Origin: Tricharina praecox
Lineage: Eukaryota
DNA length: 64,000 bases
Assembly: GCF_024521635.1 (NCBI RefSeq)
Contig: NW_026250404.1
Span: 496,001-560,000, forward strand
Direction of reading: 5' to 3'
A model generated the notes under the pieces. It saw only the letters and a program-made list of their open reading frames with translations, searched no databases and was not told the origin of the DNA. Both the position numbers and the translations under genes were made by a program. Positions 24,726-36,837 of the stretch are shown here, in pieces. The number at the start of each line of letters is the position of its first letter. The first letter of the stretch is position 1.

Positions 24726-27700
24726 CTATGCGGTGGTGGCGGGCTGGTATGCGGGCTTGTGGGGTTGATTCTGTGAGGTTTGAAGGCGGACAGGCGGCGG
24801 ACAGGCGGCGGCGGCGGCGGCGAGCAGGGCGTGTGAGTCCGATGGTGGGATGGATGTGGGGCACGGAAGTTGCCATTTTCTTCAAGGGCCGGCAAGTACC
24901 CTTACTTAGCTAAGCGCTTTTTAAGTTGTTGGTGACAACCATCACGTTAAGCTCGCGGCTACTCGCCTTTCGTACATACAGGCGTCCCAGTCCCGCCTGT
25001 CGTGCCCTACATAGCCCAGACTCCAGAGCAGTCTCACTTTTCACGCCGGCCTCTAACTAACCTGCTCCGGTCCCTGGACAGGTTGTGGATGCTCAGGGCT
25101 GACTTTCGGCACCCTGCCAGGCCTGCTTGCGTTATGTAACGGCCTTTCCTCTGTCTCCAGTTTGCTGGAACGCGGATTTCGTGGATTTTACATATGTAAG
25201 GCGTAAAAATGAGAACGTCCCGGATGCAGGATTGGTATAGAACGCTGCATGTGAAGCTTGGCGGAACAACGACACAGAGATGTGGTGCAGGGATTAAAAC
25301 TACGGGTCGCGTGGGGCTTGGCCACGGTCGTGTGTGTAGGGAAGTAACTATCCCGCACTCGGTTTAGAAGCGTCGAAGTCAATTCAACCCCACTACCGGT
25401 ATCTGAGAAGAAAGCGGAGCGGAACTGTCAGCAGTAACATGTAGGTATATAGCAACCACATGGAGATAGGCAATCAGGGATCCCACAGCAGGCAGCATCG
25501 AGACAGTCAACTACTATTCACGATCAGGCAAGTCTATAGGTAGGGCGTCTAGTCAGTGATCGATAACGCCTCGGACTGCACCATCATAATTCAATCCGTC
25601 CAGGCAAGGATTATCGGGATATCTGGGCTGGACGCTGAGGATTCACTTGATATTCACAGCAAACAAGAGACCCGAACGCAAGTCCTTGTTGGCAGTATAA
25701 TTATCCGTCCATTGGCCATCTCTTCGTGCCCAGCCAGCAGCCAGTCATTTCAGCTTCTGTCCCGGACGGACCGATGGCACACCCGCGGAGGACTGGACTG
25801 GACTGGACTGGACTACAAATCCCGGGCACCATTCGGACTGGTTGAATTCTCGGATCACGATCTCGTTGAATCACAAAGATGCTGTGTGCTCGAACTGTTC
25901 AAGTTCGACTTGGCGAAGCTCCTTTTCCCTTTGGATTCAATGCCATGGCAAACCGCAATTTTTCTGCTTCTATCCTAGAGCAGGTTATTCAAACTAAACA
26001 GCGGCACGCTCCAATACAAAGATTGATGGGATTAAGGAGGAACTCAAGAAGGATACTGTATCGTGGAGGTTGAGAAGGAAGTCTGTGACATCAAGCAAGA
26101 CGTTTCTGAGCTAAAGGGATCAACATATGAACATGCCCATCGGCATTATGCAAAGCCGTAAGGAATGAATCATGATTCCAGACGTTCGTTTCTGGATTCC
26201 ATTCGTGCTGTGTTTTTGCACTTATTACGGCGGTAGCGGGTTGACAGGTACATGTATGTAGCCGGAGGATCAACACTCTGGATTTCAGGGATTGGAGGCA
26301 GACGACTGGTACCTACCGGTATGGTACTGTACATAGCAGTGAAGATCGATGGGATCGTAGCTATGCACAGAAGGAACGAGATCTACGGTACCCTAGGAAG
26401 CCAGTTGAATATCCAGCACCGACGACTGCAGCTATATGATGCGAAAATCACCAGAGCTCGCTCGTAGGAAGTTCTTGAGCTCGCTCATTATATTTTCCAG
26501 GAGAGCAGAAGCTCTGCAAGTACTAGTAGCCATAGATGGAGACCCCGAGCAATCATTAGGCCCATACCTTACGATATCACTCGACAGCGCCAGTAGGCAA
26601 TCCGAGCCATCCTATTGCTATGCCTCTCATCATCTCCACCGCCCATATGGAATCTTCTATTTATACTGTGTATAAGTTCTATCGGACATCAAAGCTCGAT
26701 TAGAACTTTACCGTAAGAGAAGGGGGACAGAGCATATGACTAATTTCCGCGCAGGGCGTTTGTAGAGTACTCGACATAGGAGGTGTGTATTTCAAGACAG
26801 GCCTCAGACCCCTCTGCGAGAACGAAGCTGTCCATCCGAGTTGTAACTTGTCACGGCGGATAAGCCTGGCGAGGCAGACCGTGGCCACGCGTAGAGCAAG
26901 GGGAACGAAGGCTTCGGGTAGGAGGAGTAGCGGCAGATACGTCCGCAGGTGGAGGGAGGTATAAGGGCCCTAGGTACTCTACAGTACCGGTAGTAGGTAG
27001 AGTAGTCCGATACGTTTCGACGAACCGTAGCGATGGCTAAGGACGGCTTTGCGGCTGGTGAAATCTTGGGTGAATTTCAGGATGTTTGCGAGGAGCGAGG
27101 AGGATCGTCTAAGCGGGGCGATACGGGGGAGGCCATAACGGTGGTTGTGGACGCTTTCCGAGAAAAGAGGGGCCGGTAGTTAGAACTGAGGTGGACGCTG
27201 AGGTGGAGAGAGAGGGTGCTGTGGGAGCTGTATGGACCAAGGAGAGCTAGTTAACTAGAATGCGGAGCTCGTAATTGAATTGAGTTGACTCTCGTGCGGG
27301 GTTTGCAGACGGGTGCAGGCGAAATCCATGATTGCCATTCCACCGGATCACGAGCGTCGAGAATTGCTTCTTTGGATGCTCGGTAGAAGAATCGTCTCCT
27401 CACGGCGCAGCTCATCGGCGGGAGAATCTTCTTTTCTTCTTCTTCTTCGGCTTCTCTTCTTCGTTTCTTCTTCAGCTTCTCTTCTCCGGCTTCCATCGCC
27501 CACTCCGTGATTCTCGAACTCCCCTGCCCTTATCCAGCGCCCTTTTTCTCCACGATTACAAGATTAATCAATCGAAGCACATGCGAGTGTTCTCGCCCGC
27601 CCGTCATTGCCCCGCCTATCCGCCCTGCAGGATTTCCTGTCACGCAGAAGTTTCCGTTGCCCCAGACCTCCTTTCACCCTACCCGCCGTAGCCCCGTCGC

Positions 27701-28141
27701 TGATTGGCTGCTCGGGTTCGGGTTATCGCCCGGATAGTTTTAGTCGCGACACATCCCCCCAAAGCAGAGAACGCCATCGAGAAAGAAAAAAAAACCCTGC
27801 TCGCTCACACTTCAAATCTTTCCCCTACAAGTCCCGAACCAAGCGATAAAACTTACATGACCGAGCTGCTTAAACGTAGTCATCATCCACCAACCAACTC
27901 TCCCTTCTTCTCCTCCTCTTCAACCTCACACGACACCCAATAAATCCACTACTACCCCACCATCAACTCGAACACTCGCTCTTACCACCGACCACACCCC
28001 TACAACCCTACAACCTCAACTATCAAACCTCATCTCCAACTACAACCTCAAACAACAACCCCCCTCCCTCCCTCCAACTTCAACACACAACCACAACTAC
28101 TGCTTCCAAACACTCACACAACCCCCACACACTCCGCCACA

Positions 28142-28842
28142 ATGAGAGTCTTCGAGAACACCTGCACGTTCGATTACTCCTGGGCGAACGTCTCGGTTGC
28201 GAACTGGCGGAAATACTGTGCTTGGAACACCCAGAGCACGCATGTGATCGCCGTCGACACCCTAGCCCGCAGTGTTGACCCTAGCACGGGTATCGTGAGT
28301 CTCTCCCGAAGCTATCAGCTATCAGCTTCCAATCCCCCCCATTGCACACATTCACCACCGGCATCGACCGCCCCCCTTCCCTCATCTTCGCCATCGCATA
28401 AACAAAAAGCATAAACTAACTTTCCACCCGCTAGCTCCGTTCGGAACGTCTCATCACATGCAAACAGAACGCACCCAGATGGCTGATGAGGCTCACCGGC
28501 GCTGAAGTTTCCTACGTCCGCGAAGTCTCTGAAGTCGACCCGCGCACGAAAACAGTGGTGCTCCGCTCGGTGAACCTGACCGGTTCGAACATCATGTCGG
28601 TACAGGAGACGGTGGTGTACACACCCCATCCGGATCATCCCGACAGCAAGACGGTGTTCACACAGGACGCGTCCATCACTGCGTACGGAGCCTTTTCGAG
28701 GATCTGTAACGCCGTCGAGGAATGGAGCGTTGAGCGGTTCGGCCAGAACGCACAGAAGGGACGCCAGGGCTTCGAGGCGGTGCTAGAAATGAGCTCAAAA
28801 GCGTTCAGGGAGATGAAGGAAGGTCATAAAGAGGAGGCATAA
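28142..28842 (+). CDS. UPS2: PRELI/MSF1-family mitochondrial intermembrane-space lipid transfer protein, Ups2/Ups3-like
   Basis: MRVFENTCTFDYSWANVSVANWRKYC...STHVIAVDTL...GI|LRSERLITCKQ across intron 28295-28434. The C-terminus reads RFGQNAQKGRQGFEAVL. Confidence 0.9.
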
Positions 28843-31765
28843 GGGTGGTCCAGCGGGATCGGTAACGACGAGACGACACACAATCACTCACCCCTTATTG
28901 ATTTTAGCGATTCAAAATCCACATAGCCGTCCGATATACCTCCTTCTTCCCCCTTTAGACCGGTCCTACTACCTCCCCTCCGATTCAACATACACCTCGA
29001 TCCGTCAGACCTTCAGTGTACATTACCACCGCCATTACACTTCCCTACCTTTCTATTGCATTTCCCGGATTCTAGAAAGCTCCGCGTTTACATTCATCAA
29101 ATACAACATGGATGGGCTTGTTCTAGATTTTTGCTTTCCTTTTCTTTTTTCCTTTGTCTTTCAAATTTCAGGAGTTTGGCAAAAGTCGTTTTCTTTTTTC
29201 CAGTTCTTTCCTGTCTCCTTTGTTTTTTTCTTTGGGGGTCCAAGGTGTTTAGCATTTACATTTTTTTTCCGGAAGTCTTTACCCATTCAACACAAAAAGT
29301 CTGCTATGTAGCCATCTTTGTCTCGGGTACTCAACTACTCAACTTATGTACTCAACTACCTATATGAGATGACGATTGGTTTTACTATTACTGTTCTCTT
29401 GCGAATCTCCCATCTAGACACTTTTCGTATGTTCGCAAAGTGATGTGAAAGTGATGCAACAGTAAAATCCAGAAATCCAGCTTTGCCATCTCGTAAATTG
29501 AGATCGTCAGGGAATTTTTTTCCGTTCCTGCACTGCCATCCTTCTAGAAGATGAGATGGGAAAAAACAAGATTCCGTATGTTGGCAACTACGAGCCACAC
29601 GGGAAGAAAGGGGAGCTGAGGTCATGGGTGATTCGGTGGCTGACCGGGGTCGGAGGGATACTTGATTTCCTGTGTCCACCCCTTGCCGGGTGATGTCGGT
29701 TCGGGCTCGGTCGGTGATGTCGTCGAGGGGAAGGGGGGGCAACTCTGCCATGTTTCTGGTCAGCCGAGCCGATCGCTCGAGCCAACCAGTCAGTCAGCCA
29801 GACGGGAAACCGGCGGGCGATGGGGTTGAGGAGGGTAGGGGGTGCAGGGGGCACAGGACCGGTTGATCGGTTGACGTGAAGGGGGCGTCGGAGTGGCATT
29901 ACTAGTGTATCACTCGATTTTTGCCCCCCGCCCATCCGGCAAGTTGGTAGTCTATCAAAATCGGTGGGGTTCGGTAGGATTCCTTCACTTTGCCCCCGAT
30001 TATCCATCCATCCATCTCCTGACGGGGCCGTGGTCCTCTCGCACGGGGACGGGGGGTTCTAAGCTTCGCTCCTGCTAGGAACCGTGAGCCGACGATGCTG
30101 CCGCTCACTCTCGGTGTGGCGAAAACGAGAACTTCATGATGGCGTTCTTCGGGCTTGCGGGATGGAGGTCGTAGACTCGTGAGAGGGAGGCTTTCGGGGA
30201 GAGAGGCTTTCGGGAAAGACCAGGAAGTTGGAATAGCCGTGACGATCTCATGTGTACATACAAAGTAGGTATGTACCAGTCAGGACTCGGGAGCGGCACG
30301 ACGATGGGGATTATGGAGACGACGGGGACGACGGGGACGACGGGGACTACGGGGACCACGGGGAGGAGGGCCGACAAGCTATGAAATAACTTATAGATAT
30401 CGCTGGAGCCGTGGGCGGTCAGGGCATCGCGGCCGAAGAATGTCCGCCAGCGGCCCGATATCGCTCTAGCGGATGGTTCACAAAGACCCGAGGTCGATCG
30501 GTCACGTCTCGCCATCTCCGGTGATGCTAAAGAGCAGGCGTTGGGCGTGATCGCTTTGATGCGGGTTTACTATCTACCCAGATACCTAGTGGCAGGATGG
30601 TCCTTGGTTCCGTTGACGTCGGTGGTAGTTACCTAACTTTTACCCAACTCCTCTGCGGTAGGTAGAGCTGACCTCCAGGACAAGGACCTTTGGAACTTGA
30701 GGCGGTACATAGACGCGCAATCGCAGCCGCCGTCCAGGTGACGAGCTTGGGATGATTATCGGGGGGTTTTTTTACCGTGATGATGGGCACCGAGAATGCA
30801 GAGGAAGGTTACCGTGAGTTCTTTGCGGATGGGCGGGAAAGCTACCTATCGGCATCACGGTGTGTCAGGAACCAACGGTTCCGTGGCAAGTGGGAGCTAT
30901 CCTGACCGTAATATGTACCCTACTATACTGACGTCTCTCCACCTCGGGATGGGATCGCTTGGACCGAAAGACCATCTCCGTCCGATGAGGGTGGCAGGAA
31001 GGGAGTACGTTATGTACACCACTCATGCTGCCCTAGAGTTACGGTAGAGTACATCTTGACTTCCTCCGTTTGCAATGACGTGCCGATCTCCTCTCTCATT
31101 GGCAGAGCAGGTAACATGTATGTAACTGGATGAGCCGTAGCAGCGGCGCCAAGATCAATACCTACGGGAAGAGGATCCAAAGAGTTGTCGTCACGCCTCA
31201 GGACAGGCTTTGTATCCCAGAGGCTATGGGTTTCTGTCAGCGGCGAAGGAAAAGGAGGAGTGAGAGAGCGGGTTCTCAGTGCTCACCCGGTGACCGGTCA
31301 ACATCAACATCATGGTAGTGAGTGAGCGAGTGAGCAACAGTGCTTACACCTCGATGAACATCCATCCCCACGAGGAGTCACAACCCCACAACCAATACAG
31401 TACGGGTGCAGGTGCGTTACGAGTAGTCGATCGTTCATTCCAAGGCCCAAGGGCACTGTCGATGCTACTAGTACATACCTACAGAGCCAACCGAACCACC
31501 ACCGACCGCCAACCGTCGAGTCTACCTAGCACTGATACCCAGAGGCCAATTGACCGAAAACCACGCTGAAATGCCAACACGTGCCAACACGACCAATCCC
31601 GGCGGACGGGGCGGACGGACGAGACGGACGGACGAACTACCGGTAGCCCTACGCCAACCCTCCTCTTCCGTCACCAACTCTCCCCGACCCTCCTCGACCC
31701 GAACCCGGACCCGATCGGTATAGGTACATAGCCAATGGGTCCTCGCAGCGCACCGATGTTCGGAC

Positions 31766-32714
31766 CAGACCCTCCAATAGTTCGAACTGGGAACAAATCG
31801 GGGGTGTTCCCGTACCAACCAACTGTTGGGGGGATAGTGAACTGAACCAACTAGCAAACTGAACCAACTGCTAAATTTTGCACTGTGAAAACTGCTTGTC
31901 CCATCAGTTAGTTCAGTGAGGCTTTGTGCCAAATCTGTCGCCACCACATATAACCCACTGGCTAATCTAATCGCCTATGTACAACCCACCACCCATGCGC
32001 GCAGTCGCTACTATTATCTCACCAGCTACCTACCTACCTATGCAGCACGCTGCGCCGGTTGAAGAGCTAGCTCCAGGACTACCTATTGTTCCTTGCCTGT
32101 CGAGAGGAATGTTGAATGTTCGAAACCGTCCTGCCGCGCGCGATCGAATGATGGCTGGCTGGAATTCAACCGCGCCAGCAACGTCGTTTTCCTTACCTCG
32201 GCTGAATGGCGGTTGTCATTCTGTCTACCTATTCCAGCCATGTCGTCGAGGTTGAACGCCTGTTCTCCGAGTGCAAGATGATTCTTACTGATCATCGGCA
32301 TTCCCTAGGTAGTAGGTACCAAGAGGTTTGAAGCTCTGGAGAGTATAGTATTAAGAAGCTCAATCGCCGTACTCCCTGTATGGTTAGGTACTAGGTAGCA
32401 TCAGAGTAGTAATTCAAAACTAGTATGATACAGAATCCATTTTCTACCGCTTTTTCCGTGACCATATGTAGGAGCCTACATAATCTCGCCCACTTTGGCT
32501 GGCCTGGCTGAACTGCCAATTCAAGCGCTGAACTGACAGTTCTGCCAGTTTTTTCCCGGGAACAACTGCCAGACTTATGTACCTAAACCATCTGGGAACT
32601 GACAGCCTCTGTACTTCCCAACTGATCATGAACCGGGAACAAAATCAGCCAGAACTGAACTGAACTGTTTAAACCAGTATTCCCATTTTAACTGACTAAC
32701 TGTTGGTGGGTCTG
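31766..32714. mobile_element. Non-autonomous DNA transposon/MITE-like element with 17-bp imperfect TIRs (hAT-like ends)
   Basis: The left end CAGACCCTCCAATAGTT (31766-31782) matches the reverse complement of the right end, CAGACCCACCAACAGTT (32698-32714), at 15/17. AACTG/CAGTT and GGGAACAA motifs are dense near both ends. There is no transposase ORF and no clear TSD. Confidence 0.6.
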
Positions 32715-32840
32715 GATCATGTTCCCACATGCTACATACCTGGTACATATGTAACTACTGGTACGGCGGTACATCGGGTCTCGAAAGTTGAAACCGTCGT
32801 CTCAGCGTCCTGTGGTCTCGGAGCCCACTCAATACTCGAT

Positions 32841-33004
32841 ACTACCTACTACCTACTACCTACTACCTACTACCTACTACCTACTACCTACTACCTACTA
32901 CCTACTACCTACTACCTACTACCTACTACCTACTACCTACTACCTACTACCTACTACCTACTACCTACTACCTACTACCTACTACCTACTACCTACTACC
33001 TACT
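32841..33004 (+). repeat. Perfect heptamer microsatellite (ACTACCT)n, ~23 copies
   Basis: Directly visible. It translates as TTYYLLP repeats. Confidence 0.97.
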
Positions 33005-34904
33005 CCCCGTAGTACCTAGAAAGGTAAACTACATCACCAGCCCATTCTCGCGAGCCCATTCTCTTCACGTAAGATGTTTCACGTAGTAGGATGGGAGGAT
33101 AGGACGCCCAGAAGACTTATCTTCTTCCAGGTTCCTGTCGTTCGGCGGATGTTCGGCGGATGTACATACACCATACATACACCATACACTACACCTGACA
33201 CCACACCTAACCGACAAGTTCCTACATACACTGGTAGATCGGCCCAGCCCGTACTGGTATAGATCGGCCTAGGAATCCGGCGTCCACCATTTACGTACGG
33301 TGCTCGTCCGGACTCCGACCCTAAGCTGGCACGGAGCCCACCACGGCGTCTCTGGTCTTTTCCGAGTGGTCGCAGACTCGCAAACTCGCAGGAACACGGG
33401 TAGGATCTTAATCCAAACCATGAGATCGCACTCGACCACCCACCACCTCAGGGTCGACTGCGGAACGAAGAAACAAAAAAGAAACAAGTAACTACTACTT
33501 CCACTGCTATCTTCCAAGTTTATGACAGCAACAAGATCTGAATTCCTCGGAAATAGCTCCATCCCGAAGATTCTCGGAGCACAATATCTCACTCGCTCCC
33601 ATGACTCGGCTACAAATCTTCACAAGGATCTCATCACCCTCGGGCCGGATACAACATTAAATTGATGTTCTCTTCAAACATCCAATTCAATTTCAGTCAC
33701 TTGGATTCATTTGTGAAACATCTCGAATAATTATTTGGCTGGACCAGTCTAGCACTAACTGTCTACTTCTTACTCCACTCCAAACGTAAAGAACAACACA
33801 AAAAATGATGTACCAGAATAGAATCTTCGAATCACAAAAAAACAGATCCCCCTAGATATAATAAAGAAAAAGCGGAAACATGTGGTTCTCCGACGGTCCC
33901 ATGACGTGTAGAATAAAAGGAGAAAAAAAGTATTAAATCAAATAAAAACACGAGACAAAGAGGAGATCGACTCCCCAGGCAAGAGAGAATTTTGTAGGCC
34001 GAGGTCGGCAACATAGGAAATGATGTATGGGGCATGCAAGTCTGCAGCAGTCGTCTGGTTGATGATGATGATGATGTTGAAGGCCGGTCTTCCGAACCAA
34101 CAAGATGTATGTGTGAAAGAAAAATCCGAGGTGGTGTGGTAGTAGGTGTAGAAAAGGAAATTCGTAATCGGTCGTGGGTGTCGTAATTTCGTATCGGTCG
34201 TAAGTTCGTAAGTTCGTGGTTCGCGTGTCTTTCGTTGCTCGTGAGTGGTCGTGGATGACTCCCTCCCTCGCCGCCGGTCCGTCCATCCAGTGTGCCTGTC
34301 AAGCACTTGTACATACAGATCCCGCCCAAAACAATAAAAGCAAAAGAGAAAAAACAGAAAGCAAAAAAAGCCAACGCAAGCCAAACCAGAGGGAAGAAGA
34401 TGGAACAGAGAGAGGAACAGGTAGTCCTGCTACGACCTCACAAGAAGAAATGCGAAGTCGCAGGAGCACAAAAAAGTACAGAGGAAAGGAAGAGGAAAAA
34501 GAACAACCGAAAAAAAGCAGACCAAAAGCAGACGCAAGTAGACGCAAAACTCGCAGAACCCAAAAACAAGAATGCAAAACCTGTCCCGTGTAAATAGAAA
34601 GAAAAGAGCAAGAAAAAAAATTGCAGTCACAAGTCCGGTTCTCCATGGTGCCCCCAAGTCTTCAATTTCGTCACCAACATCACACGTCTCAACCGTAAGA
34701 AAAAGCAAAAAAGCGCAGACCAAAACCTAAAAGGACAAAAACTGGAAGAAAAAAAAAGGGAAGAAAAAAAAGCAAACCCCGCTAATAGACAAGAATAGGA
34801 GAGAGATGAAGCAAGGAGAGGAAAGATGTGAGCGACACGACGAAGGTATGCTCAACAAGTCGATAAGGTTGCTGGGCTAGGCCAGCCGGGACGGGATGAA
34901 CACT

Positions 34905-36837
34905 CTATGAGTGGGCGGCTGCGCCGGAACCATCCTCGTTTCCGCTTGCACCAGATGCCTGGGCCTGACGAGCGAAGGCAGCAAAGCGACGGACAACCTC
35001 GGCGTCGACACGGTCCCACATGAGCGAACGGGTGTAAACCTCGGCAGCGGTCTGCTTGGAGTTCCTCATGTTGGCGAGGTTCTCCTGGATGCGGCGGCGG
35101 CTTCGCTGGTTGACGGGCTCGGGCTCGCGGAGGAAGTTGTTGGAGGTCACGTCGTTGTACTCGGCGGGAGTCAACTGCATGAACTGCTCGCGCTGCTGCT
35201 CTGGGGTGGTCTTGTCGAAGGAGTTGAGGACGCTCATGGTGGATTCCAATCCGACCATCTGGGGAACCTCAGACTTGGCAACGATCCACGAGTCGGAAGA
35301 CGAGACGTCGATGGACTCGACACGGCCAACCTCCGAGACACCAGCATCCTGGAAGATGTTCTGGAGCACCGAGGCCGAAGCGGACTGGAGCTGCTTGGGA
35401 AGCGGGGGCAGGGCAGAGATGGACGTCTTGGAGGACGCAACCAGAGCACCGCACAACAGAAGGATGAGCAACAGGCCGGGGGCGGCAGGCTTCTCGGACT
35501 CCATGGGGGCAACCTTCTCCTGCTTGATCTCGTGGATCATGGGCTCGTTCCAGCAGTCGCCATCGAGATCGAAGTCGGCCTCGAAGTCGAACGCATCGCT
35601 GAAACCCGAAGAGCTGTGCTGGTGGGCCATGGGAGTGCGGTCCATGTTGTCCTGAACCTTGTGGAGCTGATCCTGCAGGAAGGTGTTCTTCTTGCGGAGT
35701 TCGCCGGTCTCCAAGGTGTGGGCACGGACGATATCCTCCTTCTCCATGTGCAGGGTCTCGCACTTGTGCTGAAGGAAGTCCCTCTCGCGAGCAACCTCCT
35801 GGAACCTCTGGCGCATCTGCTCGTCTTGCATGGTCATCTGCTGGAGCTTGTCCTCGAGTTCCTGGATGATGGTGCTGTGAAGCTTCTTCTCCTCCTCGAG
35901 ACGCTCAGTGTGCTGCTTCTTTCTCTGGCGAGAATCGAGACTGGAGGGGCAAATTTTGTCAGTACACGCCAAGATGAGGTGGAGGAGATTACATGTCGTA
36001 ATCCTGAATTACTCACGCTGCCTGTCGGTTTCGGAGCAATCGCTTCTGCTGCTTGAGCTCCTTGATCTCGTTCTCGTCCTGGGACCGAGCGATGAGCTGG
36101 TCGATGTTCATCAAGGTCCGCTCGGCAGGGATGTCGAAGCGGGCGTTCTTCTTGCGGATTCCATCTCGTCGTACGACGTGGAGGGGAGAGTGCGATCGGG
36201 GACCGGGGCTCGACGGGCGCATGCGCTTAGCCATGGACGGGCCATCGTGGTCGGCGGGGCCGGCACCATCCCAGTTCTTGGAGGGCGACGAAGGGATCGA
36301 AGCACCAGATTGGAACACGGTGTGTGGTGGGATGTGGACGTTGTTGTCGAAAGCACCCTGGGCACCAGAAGCCGGAGCCAGATAGGCACCGCTCTCATCA
36401 AAGCCATTGAAAGTGTTGTTGTCGTACACTGTGGGCGTGCACGATCCCGAAGCACCGTTCGACGACCAGTTGTGCTGCTGTGCGTATGTGGGCTGGGCCT
36501 GTTCTAGCTTGATGAAGGGGTTGTTTGTGCCGTTGCTGTGCTCGAAAGTAGCCGCGGGTACGGGCGTGGAGTCGTCAGCAGGACCAGCCATGCCCATGTC
36601 GTGATCAAAGTCCCACTCATTCGACGGCGAGAAGATGCCGTTAGCGTCGATCGCCTCACCTCTCCGTCGGTCCATGGAAGGGAAATCTAGGGCGGAATCG
36701 AGGAGGGTGTTGCTGTCGAGGATGTTATCGTCGAGGATTGACGAGTCATCATCGTCGAAGAGTGATCTTCGGGTATCTACGGACAGGTTCTGTTGGATAT
36801 AGTGATCCATCTGGAACGGGTGATATGCGGAAGCCAT
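34905..36837 (-). CDS. bZIP transcription factor with a putative transmembrane segment C-terminal to the zipper
   Basis: Intron 35941-36016 joins ...KELKQQKRLLRNRQA|ALDSRQRKKQHTERLEEEKK (basic region plus long coiled coil). The N-terminus is acidic, and the hydrophobic segment PAAPGLLLILLLCGALVASS lies at ~35430-35490. Confidence 0.9.

Noticed and set aside
29588..30800. Possible minus-strand gene with PVV repeats
   Set aside because: The repeat is a 9-bp SSR, and I could not build a coherent spliced ORF or recognise a domain.
32841..33004. Interstitial telomere
   Set aside because: The unit TAGTAGG differs from the TTAGGG typical of filamentous ascomycetes.
34911..36056. Long antisense ORFs (381 aa here; also 54346-55485, 23367-24149, 63293-63943, 60458-61102)
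   Set aside because: They are shadows of GC3-rich real genes on the opposite strand.
34905..36837. Calling the bZIP gene HAC1/hacA
   Set aside because: The basic region does not match Hac1, and I found no ~20-nt Ire1-type unconventional intron. The only intron is spliceosomal.
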